A stretch of 61,879 nucleotides of DNA, taken from the NCBI GenBank assembly GCA_947448795.1, contig CANFOZ010000005.1, positions 1 to 61,879 of the forward strand, given 5' to 3'. Positions 9,699 to 19,764 of this stretch are shown piece after piece. How positions within the stretch are numbered: the first letter of the stretch is position 1; every line of letters begins with the position of its first letter. A program made the position numbers and the translations under genes. The notes beneath the pieces are model-generated. The model saw only the letters and a program-made list of their open reading frames with translations, was not told where the DNA came from and made no database searches. Source of the stretch: Bacteroidota bacterium. Its GTDB lineage: Bacteria > Bacteroidota > Bacteroidia > AKYH767-A > JAHEYN01.

Positions 9699-10019
9699 AT
9701 GAAAATCAACATACAATCCTTGCATTTTACAGCCAACACAAAGCTTGATAAAGGCATTCGAGACAAGCTGACAAAGCTTTCCAAAATCAACGAGCGCTTG
9801 CTGGCTGCAAACGTTGTTTTAAAGATTGATAAATCTGACCGACTCGATAATCAAGTGTGCGAGATTAGGTTGGAGTTGCCTGGTCCCGATCTTTTTGCAA
9901 AAGCACAATCATCCACCTTTGAAAAGGCTTTCGCCATCGTGTACGATGAACTGCATCAGCAGCTTTTGCGCCAGAAAACGAACACCATCCGCAACCGTCG
10001 CAAGGCCGTGATAGTTTAA
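9699..10019 (+). CDS. raiA: Ribosome hibernation factor, HPF/RaiA family
   Basis: MKINIQSLHF...CEIRLELPGPDLFAKAQSSTFEKA pattern typical of Bacteroidota HPF proteins. Confidence 0.8.
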   Translation: MKINIQSLHFTANTKLDKGIRDKLTKLSKINERLLAANVVLKIDKSDRLDNQVCEIRLELPGPDLFAKAQSSTFEKAFAIVYDELHQQLLRQKTNTIRNRRKAVIV

Positions 10020-10035
10020 ATTAAAACACCACCGC

Positions 10036-12456
10036 ATGAAGACACTTCAATACGTAACTTTTTTCGACTCGATAGGCTGGACCGATATTCCTTCTTTTGG
10101 AGGCAAGAACGCCTCGCTCGGCGAGCTGCATCGCGTCTTTATCCCGCTCGGCATGAACATCCCTTTCGGCTTCGCTGTCGGGACGCCATCATTTTGGGCT
10201 TTCCTCAAAGAGAACGGCCTTCAAGCACACATCACCTCCGAGCTGAAATCATTGGACCGCGAGAACTTCTCCAACCTTCATCAAATTGGCTCCTCAATTC
10301 GAAGTGCAATGCATCGCGCTGTTTTTTCGGAGGAGCTCAAAAGACAGGTTTTGGATGCGTATCGAAAACTGGCCTCGGAAAACGAACCCGCTTTTTCAGT
10401 AGCTGTTCGAAGCAGCGCCACGGCTGAGGATTTGCCCAACGCGAGCTTCGCCGGACAGCACGATTCATACTTGAATATTTGCAGTGAAAAGGGATTGATC
10501 AAAGCCATTCACGATTGCTTTGTTTCCTTGTATAATGATCGGGCAATCAAGTACCGCGAAGATCATGGCATCGACCACTTGCAAGTTGGCATGTCGGTGG
10601 GTGTGCAAGTGATGGTGCGTGCCGATAAAGCCTGCTCCGGTGTTGCTTTCACCCTAGAGCCGGAGTCTGGTTTTCGAAATGTGATTCACATCGCCGGATG
10701 CTGGGGTCTGGGCGAAAATATAGTGCAAGGCCAAGTGAATCCCGATGAGTTTTATGTTTTCAAAACAACCTTCTTGCAGAAGAAGAACGCCATCATTCAA
10801 CGCAAGCTGGGTAGCAAGCTTAAAACGATGGTGTATGCCGAGCATGATCGGGCGACTTTGGATAAGCAGGTTATTAATACCAACACCTCGATTGACAAGC
10901 AGCGCAGCTTTGTTTTGAGCGATGCGGAGATCAATCAACTCAGTGCATGGTGCATGCTGATTGAACAGCATTATGGTAAACCCATGGATATTGAATGGGC
11001 CAAGGATGGAGTAGATCAAAAGCTCTACATCCTGCAGGCTCGACCAGAAACCACACACCCGTCTGATCCACCGCTGTCGTTCAGCAGCTACCGACTTTTG
11101 CAAAAGGGAATGAAGCTGGTTGAGGGCGATGCTGTGGGAAGTAAAATAAGCAGCGGCATCGCTCGAATTATTAAAGATCCGTCAGAGGCCGATAGATTGA
11201 AGCCCGGAGAAATTATCGTAACCGAGCTTACCAATCCCGATTGGGATCCTTATCTGAAAAAGGCAGCCGGTATTGTCACCGACAAAGGGGGGCGGACAAG
11301 TCATGCATCCATTGTGGCGCGGGAGCTTGGGATACCTGCAATTGTTGGAACAAACGAGGCCACTCGCAAGATACGCGACGGCGATTTGATCACGATTTCA
11401 TGCTCCGAAGGCAAGACCGGCAATGTCTATGCGGGTTTCTTGCCATGGGCGATAGATACCGTTGAAATTGAGGAGGCAGGCGATACGACTGTCAAGCCGC
11501 TCTTGATTGTGGCAGATCCAGACCAGGCCTTCAAATTGGCACTCTATCCTTCGCATGGTGTAGGATTGATGCGTTTGGAGTTTGTAATTAGCAACACGCT
11601 GCGTATTCATCCAATGGCTTTGGCTCATTTCGATACGCTGAAGGACGCGGATGCAAAGGCGCAGATCGAAGAGCTAACGGCGAATTACAGGGATAAAAAA
11701 GCCTACTTCGTAGATCAGTTGGCAAGCGCAGTGGCGGTCATTGCAGCGGCCTTCTATCCGCGTGAGGTAATCGTGCGGATGAGTGATTTTAAAACCAATG
11801 AATATGCAGGTCTTATAGGTGGTGCTGAGTTTGAGTCTGCCGAAGAAAATCCCATGATTGGTTTTCGCGGAGCTTCGCGCTATGATAACGACAAGTACCG
11901 CGATGGTTTCAAGCTCGAGTGCGAGGCGATGAAAAAGGTGCGCGAAGAGATGGGCCTCAGCAATGTGAAGCTGATGATTCCTTTCTGTCGCACGCTAGAA
12001 GAAGCCAAGCAGGTGCTGGCTTTGATGGCTTCTCTAGGTTTGAAGCGTGGAGCGGATGAGCTTGCGATATACATGATGGTAGAGGTGCCTTCGAATGCCC
12101 TCTTGGCAGAAGGTTTTGCAAAGCTTTTTGATGGCTTCTCCATTGGGTCCAACGATCTCACTCAGCTCACGCTCGGCATTGATCGCGATGCGGTTCTGGT
12201 GAGTCGCCTTTTTAGTGAGCATAATCCCGCTGTCAAACAACTTATCTCGCTAGCTATTCGCGCTGCAAAGCACAATGGTATTCCGATTGGCTTATGTGGT
12301 CAAGCACCTAGCGACGATGCTGATTTCGCGGCTTTTCTAGTTCATGAAGGAATAGATAGTATCTCTTTTAACCCGGATGCGTTTTTGCAAGGTGTCCGAA
12401 ATATCCAACAAACAGAGCGTGTCCAAGAGGCGCAGCTTTCTTTAAGTCTTGTTTGA
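10036..12456 (+). CDS. ppsA: Phosphoenolpyruvate synthase
   Basis: GGKNASLGE, VRSSATAEDLPNASFAGQ, GGRTSHASIVARELG (phospho-His), SIGSNDLTQLTLG and LCGQAPSD. Confidence 0.95.
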   Translation: MKTLQYVTFFDSIGWTDIPSFGGKNASLGELHRVFIPLGMNIPFGFAVGTPSFWAFLKENGLQAHITSELKSLDRENFSNLHQIGSSIRSAMHRAVFSEELKRQVLDAYRKLASENEPAFSVAVRSSATAEDLPNASFAGQHDSYLNICSEKGLIKAIHDCFVSLYNDRAIKYREDHGIDHLQVGMSVGVQVMVRADKACSGVAFTLEPESGFRNVIHIAGCWGLGENIVQGQVNPDEFYVFKTTFLQKKNAIIQRKLGSKLKTMVYAEHDRATLDKQVINTNTSIDKQRSFVLSDAEINQLSAWCMLIEQHYGKPMDIEWAKDGVDQKLYILQARPETTHPSDPPLSFSSYRLLQKGMKLVEGDAVGSKISSGIARIIKDPSEADRLKPGEIIVTELTNPDWDPYLKKAAGIVTDKGGRTSHASIVARELGIPAIVGTNEATRKIRDGDLITISCSEGKTGNVYAGFLPWAIDTVEIEEAGDTTVKPLLIVADPDQAFKLALYPSHGVGLMRLEFVISNTLRIHPMALAHFDTLKDADAKAQIEELTANYRDKKAYFVDQLASAVAVIAAAFYPREVIVRMSDFKTNEYAGLIGGAEFESAEENPMIGFRGASRYDNDKYRDGFKLECEAMKKVREEMGLSNVKLMIPFCRTLEEAKQVLALMASLGLKRGADELAIYMMVEVPSNALLAEGFAKLFDGFSIGSNDLTQLTLGIDRDAVLVSRLFSEHNPAVKQLISLAIRAAKHNGIPIGLCGQAPSDDADFAAFLVHEGIDSISFNPDAFLQGVRNIQQTERVQEAQLSLSLV

Positions 12457-12470
12457 AAAACGCAAAGAAT

Positions 12471-13325
12471 ATGTTAACCATCCTTGTACCTACTGATTTT
12501 TCAGCAAATTCAAAACACGCCTTGCGCTATGCAATCGCTTTTGCAGGAAAGCGAAAGGCCGCTATCCATCTTGTCCATGGCTACACACCTTTGTTTCTCG
12601 ACCCAAGAAGTCCGGTGGAAGTGGCCGCTAATAAAGTAGCTGCCGCCGAGCAAAAAGCGAAGGAAAAAATGCGCGGCTTCTGTCTCGAACAGCCTTTGCC
12701 AGAAAACATACAATACCACTCTTCCATTCGTGAAGGGAGTGTGTCGAAGGTCGTTCTTGAAATCCTCGAACTAAAAAAAATAGACCTGGTTATTATGGGC
12801 ACGCGGGGCGCTGGCGCTTTGAAGAAAACCATAATCGGTAGCAACGCTTCACGTATTATGGAGCAAGCTCCTGTACCAGTTCTTGTGGTTCCCGCAAGGT
12901 ATCGGTTCAAGCCGATTCGCCGACTCCTGTATGCATCGGCATATAGTGACAGCGATGCCGAACATTTGCAGCAGTTGCATCGATTAATAGCTTCGCGGTC
13001 AGCCGAGACAAAGGTTTTGCATGTGGCTAGTGATGATTATACACACAGCAGCGAACGTGAATTTATGGAGGGCTACAAGGCCAGCATGCTTAAGAAAATG
13101 AAAAGCACCAAGCTGCTGTTCAAAGTGATTTTTGGTTCCGATTTCATGGATCGGATTGCTCGCTTTCTAAAGCAAGAACCTGCTGATTTATTTGTAGTGG
13201 CTACGCGAAAACGCACTTTTATGGGGCGCCTGTTTCACGAAAGCACCGCGCGTGAATTGGTGTGCAAAGCGCGAATGCCCATTCTCGTTTTTCATCGTGC
13301 CCGAGTTCGCTCGGCGTCTATCTGA
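12471..13325 (+). CDS. Universal stress protein (tandem USP domains)
   Basis: ILVPTDFS, DLVIMGTRG...IGSNA...PVLVVP and a second degenerate USP domain; alternative TTG start at 12453. Confidence 0.9.
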   Translation: MLTILVPTDFSANSKHALRYAIAFAGKRKAAIHLVHGYTPLFLDPRSPVEVAANKVAAAEQKAKEKMRGFCLEQPLPENIQYHSSIREGSVSKVVLEILELKKIDLVIMGTRGAGALKKTIIGSNASRIMEQAPVPVLVVPARYRFKPIRRLLYASAYSDSDAEHLQQLHRLIASRSAETKVLHVASDDYTHSSEREFMEGYKASMLKKMKSTKLLFKVIFGSDFMDRIARFLKQEPADLFVVATRKRTFMGRLFHESTARELVCKARMPILVFHRARVRSASI

Positions 13326-13394
13326 AGCAAAAGCATACAATATTTTGTTGTTTTTTCGTAAGCGCTTGGCTGCATTTCTGCACTATTTTTCGCC

Positions 13395-14186
13395 ATGCAA
13401 AAAATACATGGAGCTGCTTTAATCACTGGAGGCGGGCGTGGACTAGGTTTGGCTTTTGCGCACGAAGCCGCGCAGTGTTGCTCGCACCTCATATTGGTAA
13501 ATATGAGCATCGAGAACCTTATGCTAGCCAAGGCAGATTTAGAGCGTCTTTATGAAGTGAGCGTTCATGTTTTTGTTCAAGATCTAAGCGTGCCTGACGC
13601 TGCCGACACGCTTTACAGCAAGGTCCAAGCATTGGGTATACCGATAGCTGTGTTAATCAACAATGCCGGCATCGGTCAATACGGGCCATTTCACGAGCTT
13701 CCTTGGGAAAGTCACAAGCGACTGATTGATCTGAACATGATCGCATTGAGTCATTTGACGCATGTTTTTTTGCAGGATATGATACAGCGAAAGCAAGGCA
13801 TGATTCTCAATGTATCGTCTGTTGCCGCTTTTGTACCCGGGCCACTAATGGCATCCTATTATGCTTCCAAAGCGTTTGTGCTCTCTTTTTCTTTGGCTTT
13901 ATCAAGCGAACTGAAAGACACCGGAGTAAGCTGTACGGTGCTTTGTCCGGGCCCCACACAAACTGGCTTTATGAAAAACCAAGGCCAAGATACATGGCTT
14001 GCAAAAAGAAATCTTTTGGCCACAGCAGAAAGCGTTGCAAAGCTTGGTTTCGAGGGAATGTTGAAGCGGAAGATGCTCGTTGTGCCTGGTTTGATAAACA
14101 ATTTTGTGGTTCGGCTTTCGTCTTTAGTGCCGCCAACATGGGGTTCAACACTATTGCATTTCTTGCAAAAAAGAAACAGGGCTTAG
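13395..14186 (+). CDS. SDR family oxidoreductase (DltE-like)
   Basis: TGGGRGLG, NNAG, YYASK and LCPGPTQT motifs. Confidence 0.9.
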   Translation: MQKIHGAALITGGGRGLGLAFAHEAAQCCSHLILVNMSIENLMLAKADLERLYEVSVHVFVQDLSVPDAADTLYSKVQALGIPIAVLINNAGIGQYGPFHELPWESHKRLIDLNMIALSHLTHVFLQDMIQRKQGMILNVSSVAAFVPGPLMASYYASKAFVLSFSLALSSELKDTGVSCTVLCPGPTQTGFMKNQGQDTWLAKRNLLATAESVAKLGFEGMLKRKMLVVPGLINNFVVRLSSLVPPTWGSTLLHFLQKRNRA

Positions 14187-14206
14187 CCTCCCTTTTTTTT
14201 GGACAA

Positions 14207-14237
14207 AAAAAAGGCCTGAACGAGTCAGACCTTTTTT
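14207..14237. terminator. Bidirectional intrinsic terminator
   Basis: AAAAAAGGCCTGA-ACGAG-TCAGACCTTTTTT between convergent genes. Confidence 0.7.
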
Positions 14238-14239
14238 CC

Positions 14240-14281
14240 CGGACGCCTTACGGGGCGTTCTACGGATGCCTTACGGGGCAT
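14240..14281. repeat. Tandem pair of REP-like hairpins (23-nt period)
   Basis: CGGACGCCTTACGGGGCGT and CGGATGCCTTACGGGGCAT, with a compensatory stem change between them. Confidence 0.65.
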
Positions 14282-14293
14282 AAATCGTGCAGA

Positions 14294-14542
14294 TCAATAT
14301 TCGGGGATGAAGGGGTCGTATTTTTGCTCCGACGGAACGGCTTGCTGGTCGGTTTCTTTGGTTGGTAGCGCTGTCTTTTTTGCTAAGCCGCCTTTTTTGC
14401 GGTCGCCTGTTTTACTAATTGTTCCTCTATAACCAGCTTCCCGATTTTTACGGCTGTCCTTGTCGTCACGAATGTCTGGCTTGGGCTTCTTTGTCTTGCC
14501 CTGCTTGCTCTGTTTGCTAATGTTGCTGCGTGTCGTTTTCAT
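14294..14542 (-). CDS. Small basic, low-complexity hypothetical protein
   Basis: Lys/Arg-rich ORF from MKTTRSN, followed by the terminator at 14207..14237. Confidence 0.5.
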   Translation of the reverse strand: MKTTRSNISKQSKQGKTKKPKPDIRDDKDSRKNREAGYRGTISKTGDRKKGGLAKKTALPTKETDQQAVPSEQKYDPFIPEY

Positions 14543-14772
14543 GTTGTAAGGATAGCGCATAAACCCAACTCCATGCAGCGCTCTTCGTTTAAACGGCACA
14601 TCCAATCGCTGAACTCCACATATCAGGTTCTTAGGAAAAATAAAATACCGCTTGTATTACATTATTGCTCATTAGCCTATGAAATTCAACCCATACTTTA
14701 TACTGTGATGTTTGTTTTTAATTAAATGTTAAATTTGATACCGTTATCATGTAAAATAGGAGAAATATGTTA

Positions 14773-14784
14773 CCCCCCCCCCCC
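14773..14784 (+). repeat. C12 homopolymer upstream of a response regulator
   Basis: Twelve consecutive C in an otherwise AT-rich intergenic region. Confidence 0.9.
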
Positions 14785-14883
14785 ATTTTTGCAGGGCATC
14801 CTGCTCTTTAACTATGGAGCGCGGTGTTTTCAAAATACCAATTGCTTTTTTTTGATAAAAGCAGTAACAAAAATTAGGTTTTT

Positions 14884-15267
14884 ATGAAGACACTTTTGAT
14901 TATTGATGACTCAGCGCTGCTCGTTGAAAATTTAGCCGAGTTTTTTGAATTGCAAGGGTATCGCGTTATAACGAGCACGAACGGAAAGGATGGCCTGAAG
15001 CTTGCTAATAAGGAGCTCCCCGATCTAGTAGTCTCCGATATTTTAATGCCTCATTTGGATGGGCACGAGGTTTGTATCGCATTGCATAATCACGTAAAAA
15101 CAAGAAATATCCCCTTTGTCTTTAGCTCAGCGCGTTCCGAGCAAAAAGATCAAAACAGCGCACTTGAATTAGGCGCTGATGCCTACCTGGTGAAACCGTA
15201 CGATCCGCATGAACTTTTAGCGGTTGTGGAGAAGTTACTTGGCAAAAGCACCTTCAGAAAAGATTGA
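14884..15267 (+). CDS. Orphan single-domain response regulator
   Basis: LLIIDD, VSDILMPHLDG, FSSAR and YLVKPY motifs. Confidence 0.9.
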   Translation: MKTLLIIDDSALLVENLAEFFELQGYRVITSTNGKDGLKLANKELPDLVVSDILMPHLDGHEVCIALHNHVKTRNIPFVFSSARSEQKDQNSALELGADAYLVKPYDPHELLAVVEKLLGKSTFRKD

Positions 15268-15449
15268 TAATCAAGGTTTTGAAAAAAACCGAAGGATTCT
15301 CGCGTTTTTACCGTCTAAATAGCGTTGGTTTAGCAGGGCATTTGCTAGGTTTTTTTATTTCGTAAAATGACCAAAATCCAAACGAAAATTTATAAGTTTG
15401 TGCTTTGTAAGCACGCTTAACAGAGTATTATTATAAATTCTACAAATCT

Positions 15450-18329
15450 ATGCGCCAACCAATTTACTCTCTCTTTATAGTACTGGCAGGCCTTGTTTCA
15501 ACTGTAAATGCACAACGCATCTGCGGTAGCGCGGAGCACCTCAACCAACAGCTTCAAGCCGATCCGAATTTGGCTATCATTCGCCAACAGATCGAGAATC
15601 AAACGGCTGCCTATGTTGCTTCGCATCAAGCTGGAGCCCCTTCGCCGATGGCTGTTATTACAATTCCTGTCGTTTTTCATGTGGTTTACAACACCGCCGC
15701 GCAAAACGTGTCTGATGCACTTTGCCAAGCGCAGGTTGATCAATTGAATCTCGATTACGCTCGCATGAATACGGATGCGTCAAGTGTTCCGGCTGCCTTT
15801 GCTTCTGTGGCTGCCAATACCAACATCCAGTTTTGTTTGGCGAGCACAGATCCATCTGGAAATCCAACCACGGGCATCGAGCGCCGCCAAACGACTACGA
15901 CCAGCTTTAGTACCAACGATGGTGTGAAAAGCACCACTACCGGCGGAATGAATGCTTGGCCGAATACAAGCTACCTCAACTTATGGACCTGTGCTTTAGG
16001 TGGTGGTGTTTTAGGGTACGCCCAATTCCCAGGAGGATCAGCAGCTACAGATGGCGTTGTATTGCTCAACACGTCCGTAGGTAGTATGGCCTCTCCAGCT
16101 CCAGGAGGTTCGCCTTATGATTTTGGCCGCACCGCAACCCACGAAGTAGGTCACTGGCTGAACATGATTCACATCTGGGGCGATGCTAACTGTGGTAATG
16201 ACCAAGTGAGTGATACACCCTTACACAATACTGCCAATTACGGCTGTCCAACCTATCCATCCAATAGCACTTGTACAGGTAGTCCTGCTATGATGACCAT
16301 GAACTACATGGATTACACCGACGATGCCTGTATGTATATGTTCACTGCAGGTCAAGCTACCCGCATGAATGCGCTGTTCGCTACCGGTGGTGCGCGTGTT
16401 AGTCTGCTTTCTTCAACGGCTTGTCAGATTACTGCATTGCCTGCTTGCAACACGGTTACGTTAGGTAGTGTAACTGTTTCTAGCGATACCCTCTGCACCG
16501 GCCAAACGGCAGTATTTAACCTTGCTAGTGTTACTTCAGGCGTTAGCGGTGTTCATACACTGTGGCAAACTTCTGCGGATGGATTAACGGGTTGGAATGC
16601 CGCATCAGGCAGTAACACGGGCATGTCCTATACCGCGCCAGCAGCGCCGGGCGTAGTATATTATCGCAACCTTGCTATGTGTGATTCCTCCGGCACCAGC
16701 GTTTCTTCAACGCCAATTCCTGTTTACACCTACGGCATTAGCTCTATTGATAACGACACCGTATGTACGGCAGGCGCTGTTGATCTTATAGCCAACGGAT
16801 TTGGTACCGTTAGTTGGTATGCTACCAGTACAAGCACAACTCCACTTGCAACAGGCAACCCGTTCAATATTAATGTAATTGGTGATACCCTTTTCTACGC
16901 AGGAGTAAGCAGTGGAGCAAGCACAACGTATACAGTGGGTCCCGTGAGTAATGCCTTTAGCACTGCGGCTACATATTCAAACTGGGGTCGTGGCGAGCGT
17001 TTTACCGCTCTTGCAGATCTTGTTATTGATTCGGTTTCATTTTACCCGTATGGCGCTGGTAACGTGGTGGTTAATATGCTAGATTCTGTAACTGGCACAA
17101 CCGTGCATACCGCCACATTTGCTGTTTCTGCAGGTCAGGTAGGCACAAAAGTGACTGTGTTTCTTGGTTTTACGGCTGCTGCAGGTACTAATTATATCAT
17201 GACCGCAACTGGCTCCACCGTTTCGGGTCTTTCTCGCAACCAAACAGGCGCGAGCTACCCTTATACTGTTCCTGGTGTGATCTCAATCAATCGCGGCTAC
17301 ACTACAGCAACGAGCTATTATTTCTTTTATGATTGGAAACTCCACAACGGCTGTACACCTCCGCGTGTTGCTGTACCTGTGCATGTAGGCCCACTTAATG
17401 TGCAAATCCAATCTGTTTCAGATACCATCTGCGCAAACGGTACTGCTACATTAACCACAAGTGGAGCCAATACGTATGTTTGGATGCCAGGTAATCTTAC
17501 CGGCTCCTCTATAACTGTTAGTCCGGCAACAACAACTGTATACAGCGTTACTGGAACTGCGGCTGGAGCGTGTACCGGAACAAGCACCTATTTAGTTACC
17601 ATCATCCCTCAACCAACTGTTTTACTGACTGCAACAAACGACACCATCTGCAAAGGAAGCCCTACTTCGCTTGTTGCAAGTGGGGCCAACACCTATGGCT
17701 GGTCAACAGGCACATCAACAGCAAGCTCAATCATCGTAGCTCCAACTGTCAATACCACCTATACAGTAACTGGTTCAGTGGCTGGTTGTTCAGGCTCTGC
17801 ATCGGTACTTATACATGTATTTGCTCCTGCCGTTTCTGTTACAGCTGTTGACTCAAACACCATCTGCAAAGGCGATTCTATTACCTTGCTAGCAAGCGGT
17901 GGTAGCTCCTATACATGGTCGCCGGGTGGATTAACAGGCAGTTCCGTTACCGTTGCGCCTCCAACCTCCATCACCTATACTGTAACAGGTAGAGATGACA
18001 ATGGATGTACGGCCTCAAAAACCATTCAAGTTTTTGTTATCGATTGTGGCGCAAGCGGCATTGCTAGCACGAACCTAGAAGAGTCCTTCAACGTGTATCC
18101 GAATCCTGCTCAAGATGAATTGATGGTTCGTTTTGTAGGTGTTTCAAGTGGCCTATATACACTTACACTTACTGATGCGCTTGGTCGTACGCTGCAAGAA
18201 CGCAGTGTTTCATCTACAGGGAACGAGCACAGCGAGATGCTTTCTCTTGCTGACCTTAGCAAAGGGGTATATGTTATTCGCCTAATCGGAAACGGACAAA
18301 CAGTGCTTCGCAAGATTGTAAAGATGTAA
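15450..18329 (+). CDS. M43 (ulilysin/pappalysin-like) zinc metalloprotease with Ig-like repeats and T9SS type A CTD
   Basis: Signal peptide, RICG cysteine-switch propeptide, IPVVFHVVY, THEVGHWLNMIHIWGD zinc motif, MNYMDY Met-turn and YPNP...KIVKM CTD. Confidence 0.9.
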   Translation: MRQPIYSLFIVLAGLVSTVNAQRICGSAEHLNQQLQADPNLAIIRQQIENQTAAYVASHQAGAPSPMAVITIPVVFHVVYNTAAQNVSDALCQAQVDQLNLDYARMNTDASSVPAAFASVAANTNIQFCLASTDPSGNPTTGIERRQTTTTSFSTNDGVKSTTTGGMNAWPNTSYLNLWTCALGGGVLGYAQFPGGSAATDGVVLLNTSVGSMASPAPGGSPYDFGRTATHEVGHWLNMIHIWGDANCGNDQVSDTPLHNTANYGCPTYPSNSTCTGSPAMMTMNYMDYTDDACMYMFTAGQATRMNALFATGGARVSLLSSTACQITALPACNTVTLGSVTVSSDTLCTGQTAVFNLASVTSGVSGVHTLWQTSADGLTGWNAASGSNTGMSYTAPAAPGVVYYRNLAMCDSSGTSVSSTPIPVYTYGISSIDNDTVCTAGAVDLIANGFGTVSWYATSTSTTPLATGNPFNINVIGDTLFYAGVSSGASTTYTVGPVSNAFSTAATYSNWGRGERFTALADLVIDSVSFYPYGAGNVVVNMLDSVTGTTVHTATFAVSAGQVGTKVTVFLGFTAAAGTNYIMTATGSTVSGLSRNQTGASYPYTVPGVISINRGYTTATSYYFFYDWKLHNGCTPPRVAVPVHVGPLNVQIQSVSDTICANGTATLTTSGANTYVWMPGNLTGSSITVSPATTTVYSVTGTAAGACTGTSTYLVTIIPQPTVLLTATNDTICKGSPTSLVASGANTYGWSTGTSTASSIIVAPTVNTTYTVTGSVAGCSGSASVLIHVFAPAVSVTAVDSNTICKGDSITLLASGGSSYTWSPGGLTGSSVTVAPPTSITYTVTGRDDNGCTASKTIQVFVIDCGASGIASTNLEESFNVYPNPAQDELMVRFVGVSSGLYTLTLTDALGRTLQERSVSSTGNEHSEMLSLADLSKGVYVIRLIGNGQTVLRKIVKM

Positions 18330-18352
18330 TTAGAAATTTTAAACCACCTTGC

Positions 18353-18385
18353 AAAGGGACGGCACTATGCCGTCCCTTTCTTTTT
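18353..18385 (+). terminator. Intrinsic terminator
   Basis: AAAGGGACGGCA-CTA-TGCCGTCCCTTT followed by CTTTTT. Confidence 0.85.
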
Positions 18386-18468
18386 AGCGCCCGTATTTAG
18401 CTTTTGGGCGAATATATCGGCCAAGATGGGAGAACACAGCGTACGTTCGAAAAAAATCGAAATTGCGC

Positions 18469-19764
18469 ATGAAAACAGGCACACTCCTTTTTACGCTTTT
18501 TATAAGCACTCTTTTGCAAGCGTCTACCGTTTTTGCTGGTGATCCCTTGGTTTCAATAAAGAAAGACGTATCCGGGTATCGGCTTTATAATCGAGGCAAG
18601 CCTTATTTTATACAAGGAGCAGGTGGATACAGCCACTTCGATCGCTTACAAGCCATCGGCGGGAATTCCGTTCGGCTTTGGAGCGCCAACGGTGTTGCCC
18701 CTTATTTAGATCAGGCGCATGCGCTGGGTTTAACGGTTACCTTGGGTTTAGACATGGGGCAGGAACGAACCGGTTTTAATTACAACGATGAGCAAGCAGT
18801 TCAGAAACAATATGACCAGGTTTGTGCAGAGGTGTTAAAATACAAAGACCATCCGGCCTTGTTGGTTTGGGCCGTTGGCAATGAGCTCGACCAATTTGCA
18901 TACAATTACAAGGTCTGGGACGCCGTTGAAAAGGTAGTGCAGTTCATCCATAAAAACGACCCGAATCATCCGGTTACAACGATGCTCGCTGGGGTTCCAC
19001 CACAGCATATAAAAGAGATAATAACCCGTGTTCCAGATTTGGATTTGCTTGCAATCAATGCGTTCAAGGACCTGCCTTATATCGAAAAGAAGATAAGCGA
19101 TGCTGGCTGGACAGGTCCTTATATGATTGGCGAATGGGGGCCTGATGGCTATTGGGAGTCGCCGATGCTTCCTTGGGGCACTTTCATCGAACAAACGAGC
19201 ACGGAGAAAACAGCAGCCTGTGAAGCGCGCTACAAGACAGCAATCGAAGGCCATCGGAATCGTTGCTTGGGTGCGTATGTGTATTATTGGGGCACCAAGC
19301 AAGCGCGTACGCACACCTTGCTAAGTTTATTCCTTGATGGAGGCCAGGAGTATGGCGTACAAGACATGCTTATGCGCCAATGGACAGGGAAGGATTCACC
19401 GAAAACGGCACCAACAACAGGCGCTCTAACCATCGAAGGACAGGATGTTTTAAAAGGCTGTGTAGTAAAAAAGGGAAGCTATCTAACGGCATCCATCACC
19501 GCAAAAGACCGTGAGCAATTGGTGTATCGCTGGGAGCTTTATGAAGAAAGCAAGGAAAAAAAGGAAGGAGGCGACACCGAAGCACAGCCTCCAAAGGTGG
19601 ATGCACGCTTCGATGGCTTATCCGATGGCCGTGTGCTTTTTCAGGCGCCGGATCGGCCAGGAGCGTATCGCTTGTTTGTGTATATCTATGATGGAACAGG
19701 TCGGGTGGCAACAGCCAATGCGCCCTTTTTTGTAGGTGAAATGGCAATCAGTCAAAACCCTTAA
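18469..19764 (+). CDS. Secreted clan GH-A glycoside hydrolase (GH2-like TIM barrel)
   Basis: Signal peptide, GGNSVRLW, WAVGNE (acid/base Glu), PYMIGEWG (nucleophile Glu) and a C-terminal Ig-like domain. Confidence 0.75.
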   Translation: MKTGTLLFTLFISTLLQASTVFAGDPLVSIKKDVSGYRLYNRGKPYFIQGAGGYSHFDRLQAIGGNSVRLWSANGVAPYLDQAHALGLTVTLGLDMGQERTGFNYNDEQAVQKQYDQVCAEVLKYKDHPALLVWAVGNELDQFAYNYKVWDAVEKVVQFIHKNDPNHPVTTMLAGVPPQHIKEIITRVPDLDLLAINAFKDLPYIEKKISDAGWTGPYMIGEWGPDGYWESPMLPWGTFIEQTSTEKTAACEARYKTAIEGHRNRCLGAYVYYWGTKQARTHTLLSLFLDGGQEYGVQDMLMRQWTGKDSPKTAPTTGALTIEGQDVLKGCVVKKGSYLTASITAKDREQLVYRWELYEESKEKKEGGDTEAQPPKVDARFDGLSDGRVLFQAPDRPGAYRLFVYIYDGTGRVATANAPFFVGEMAISQNP

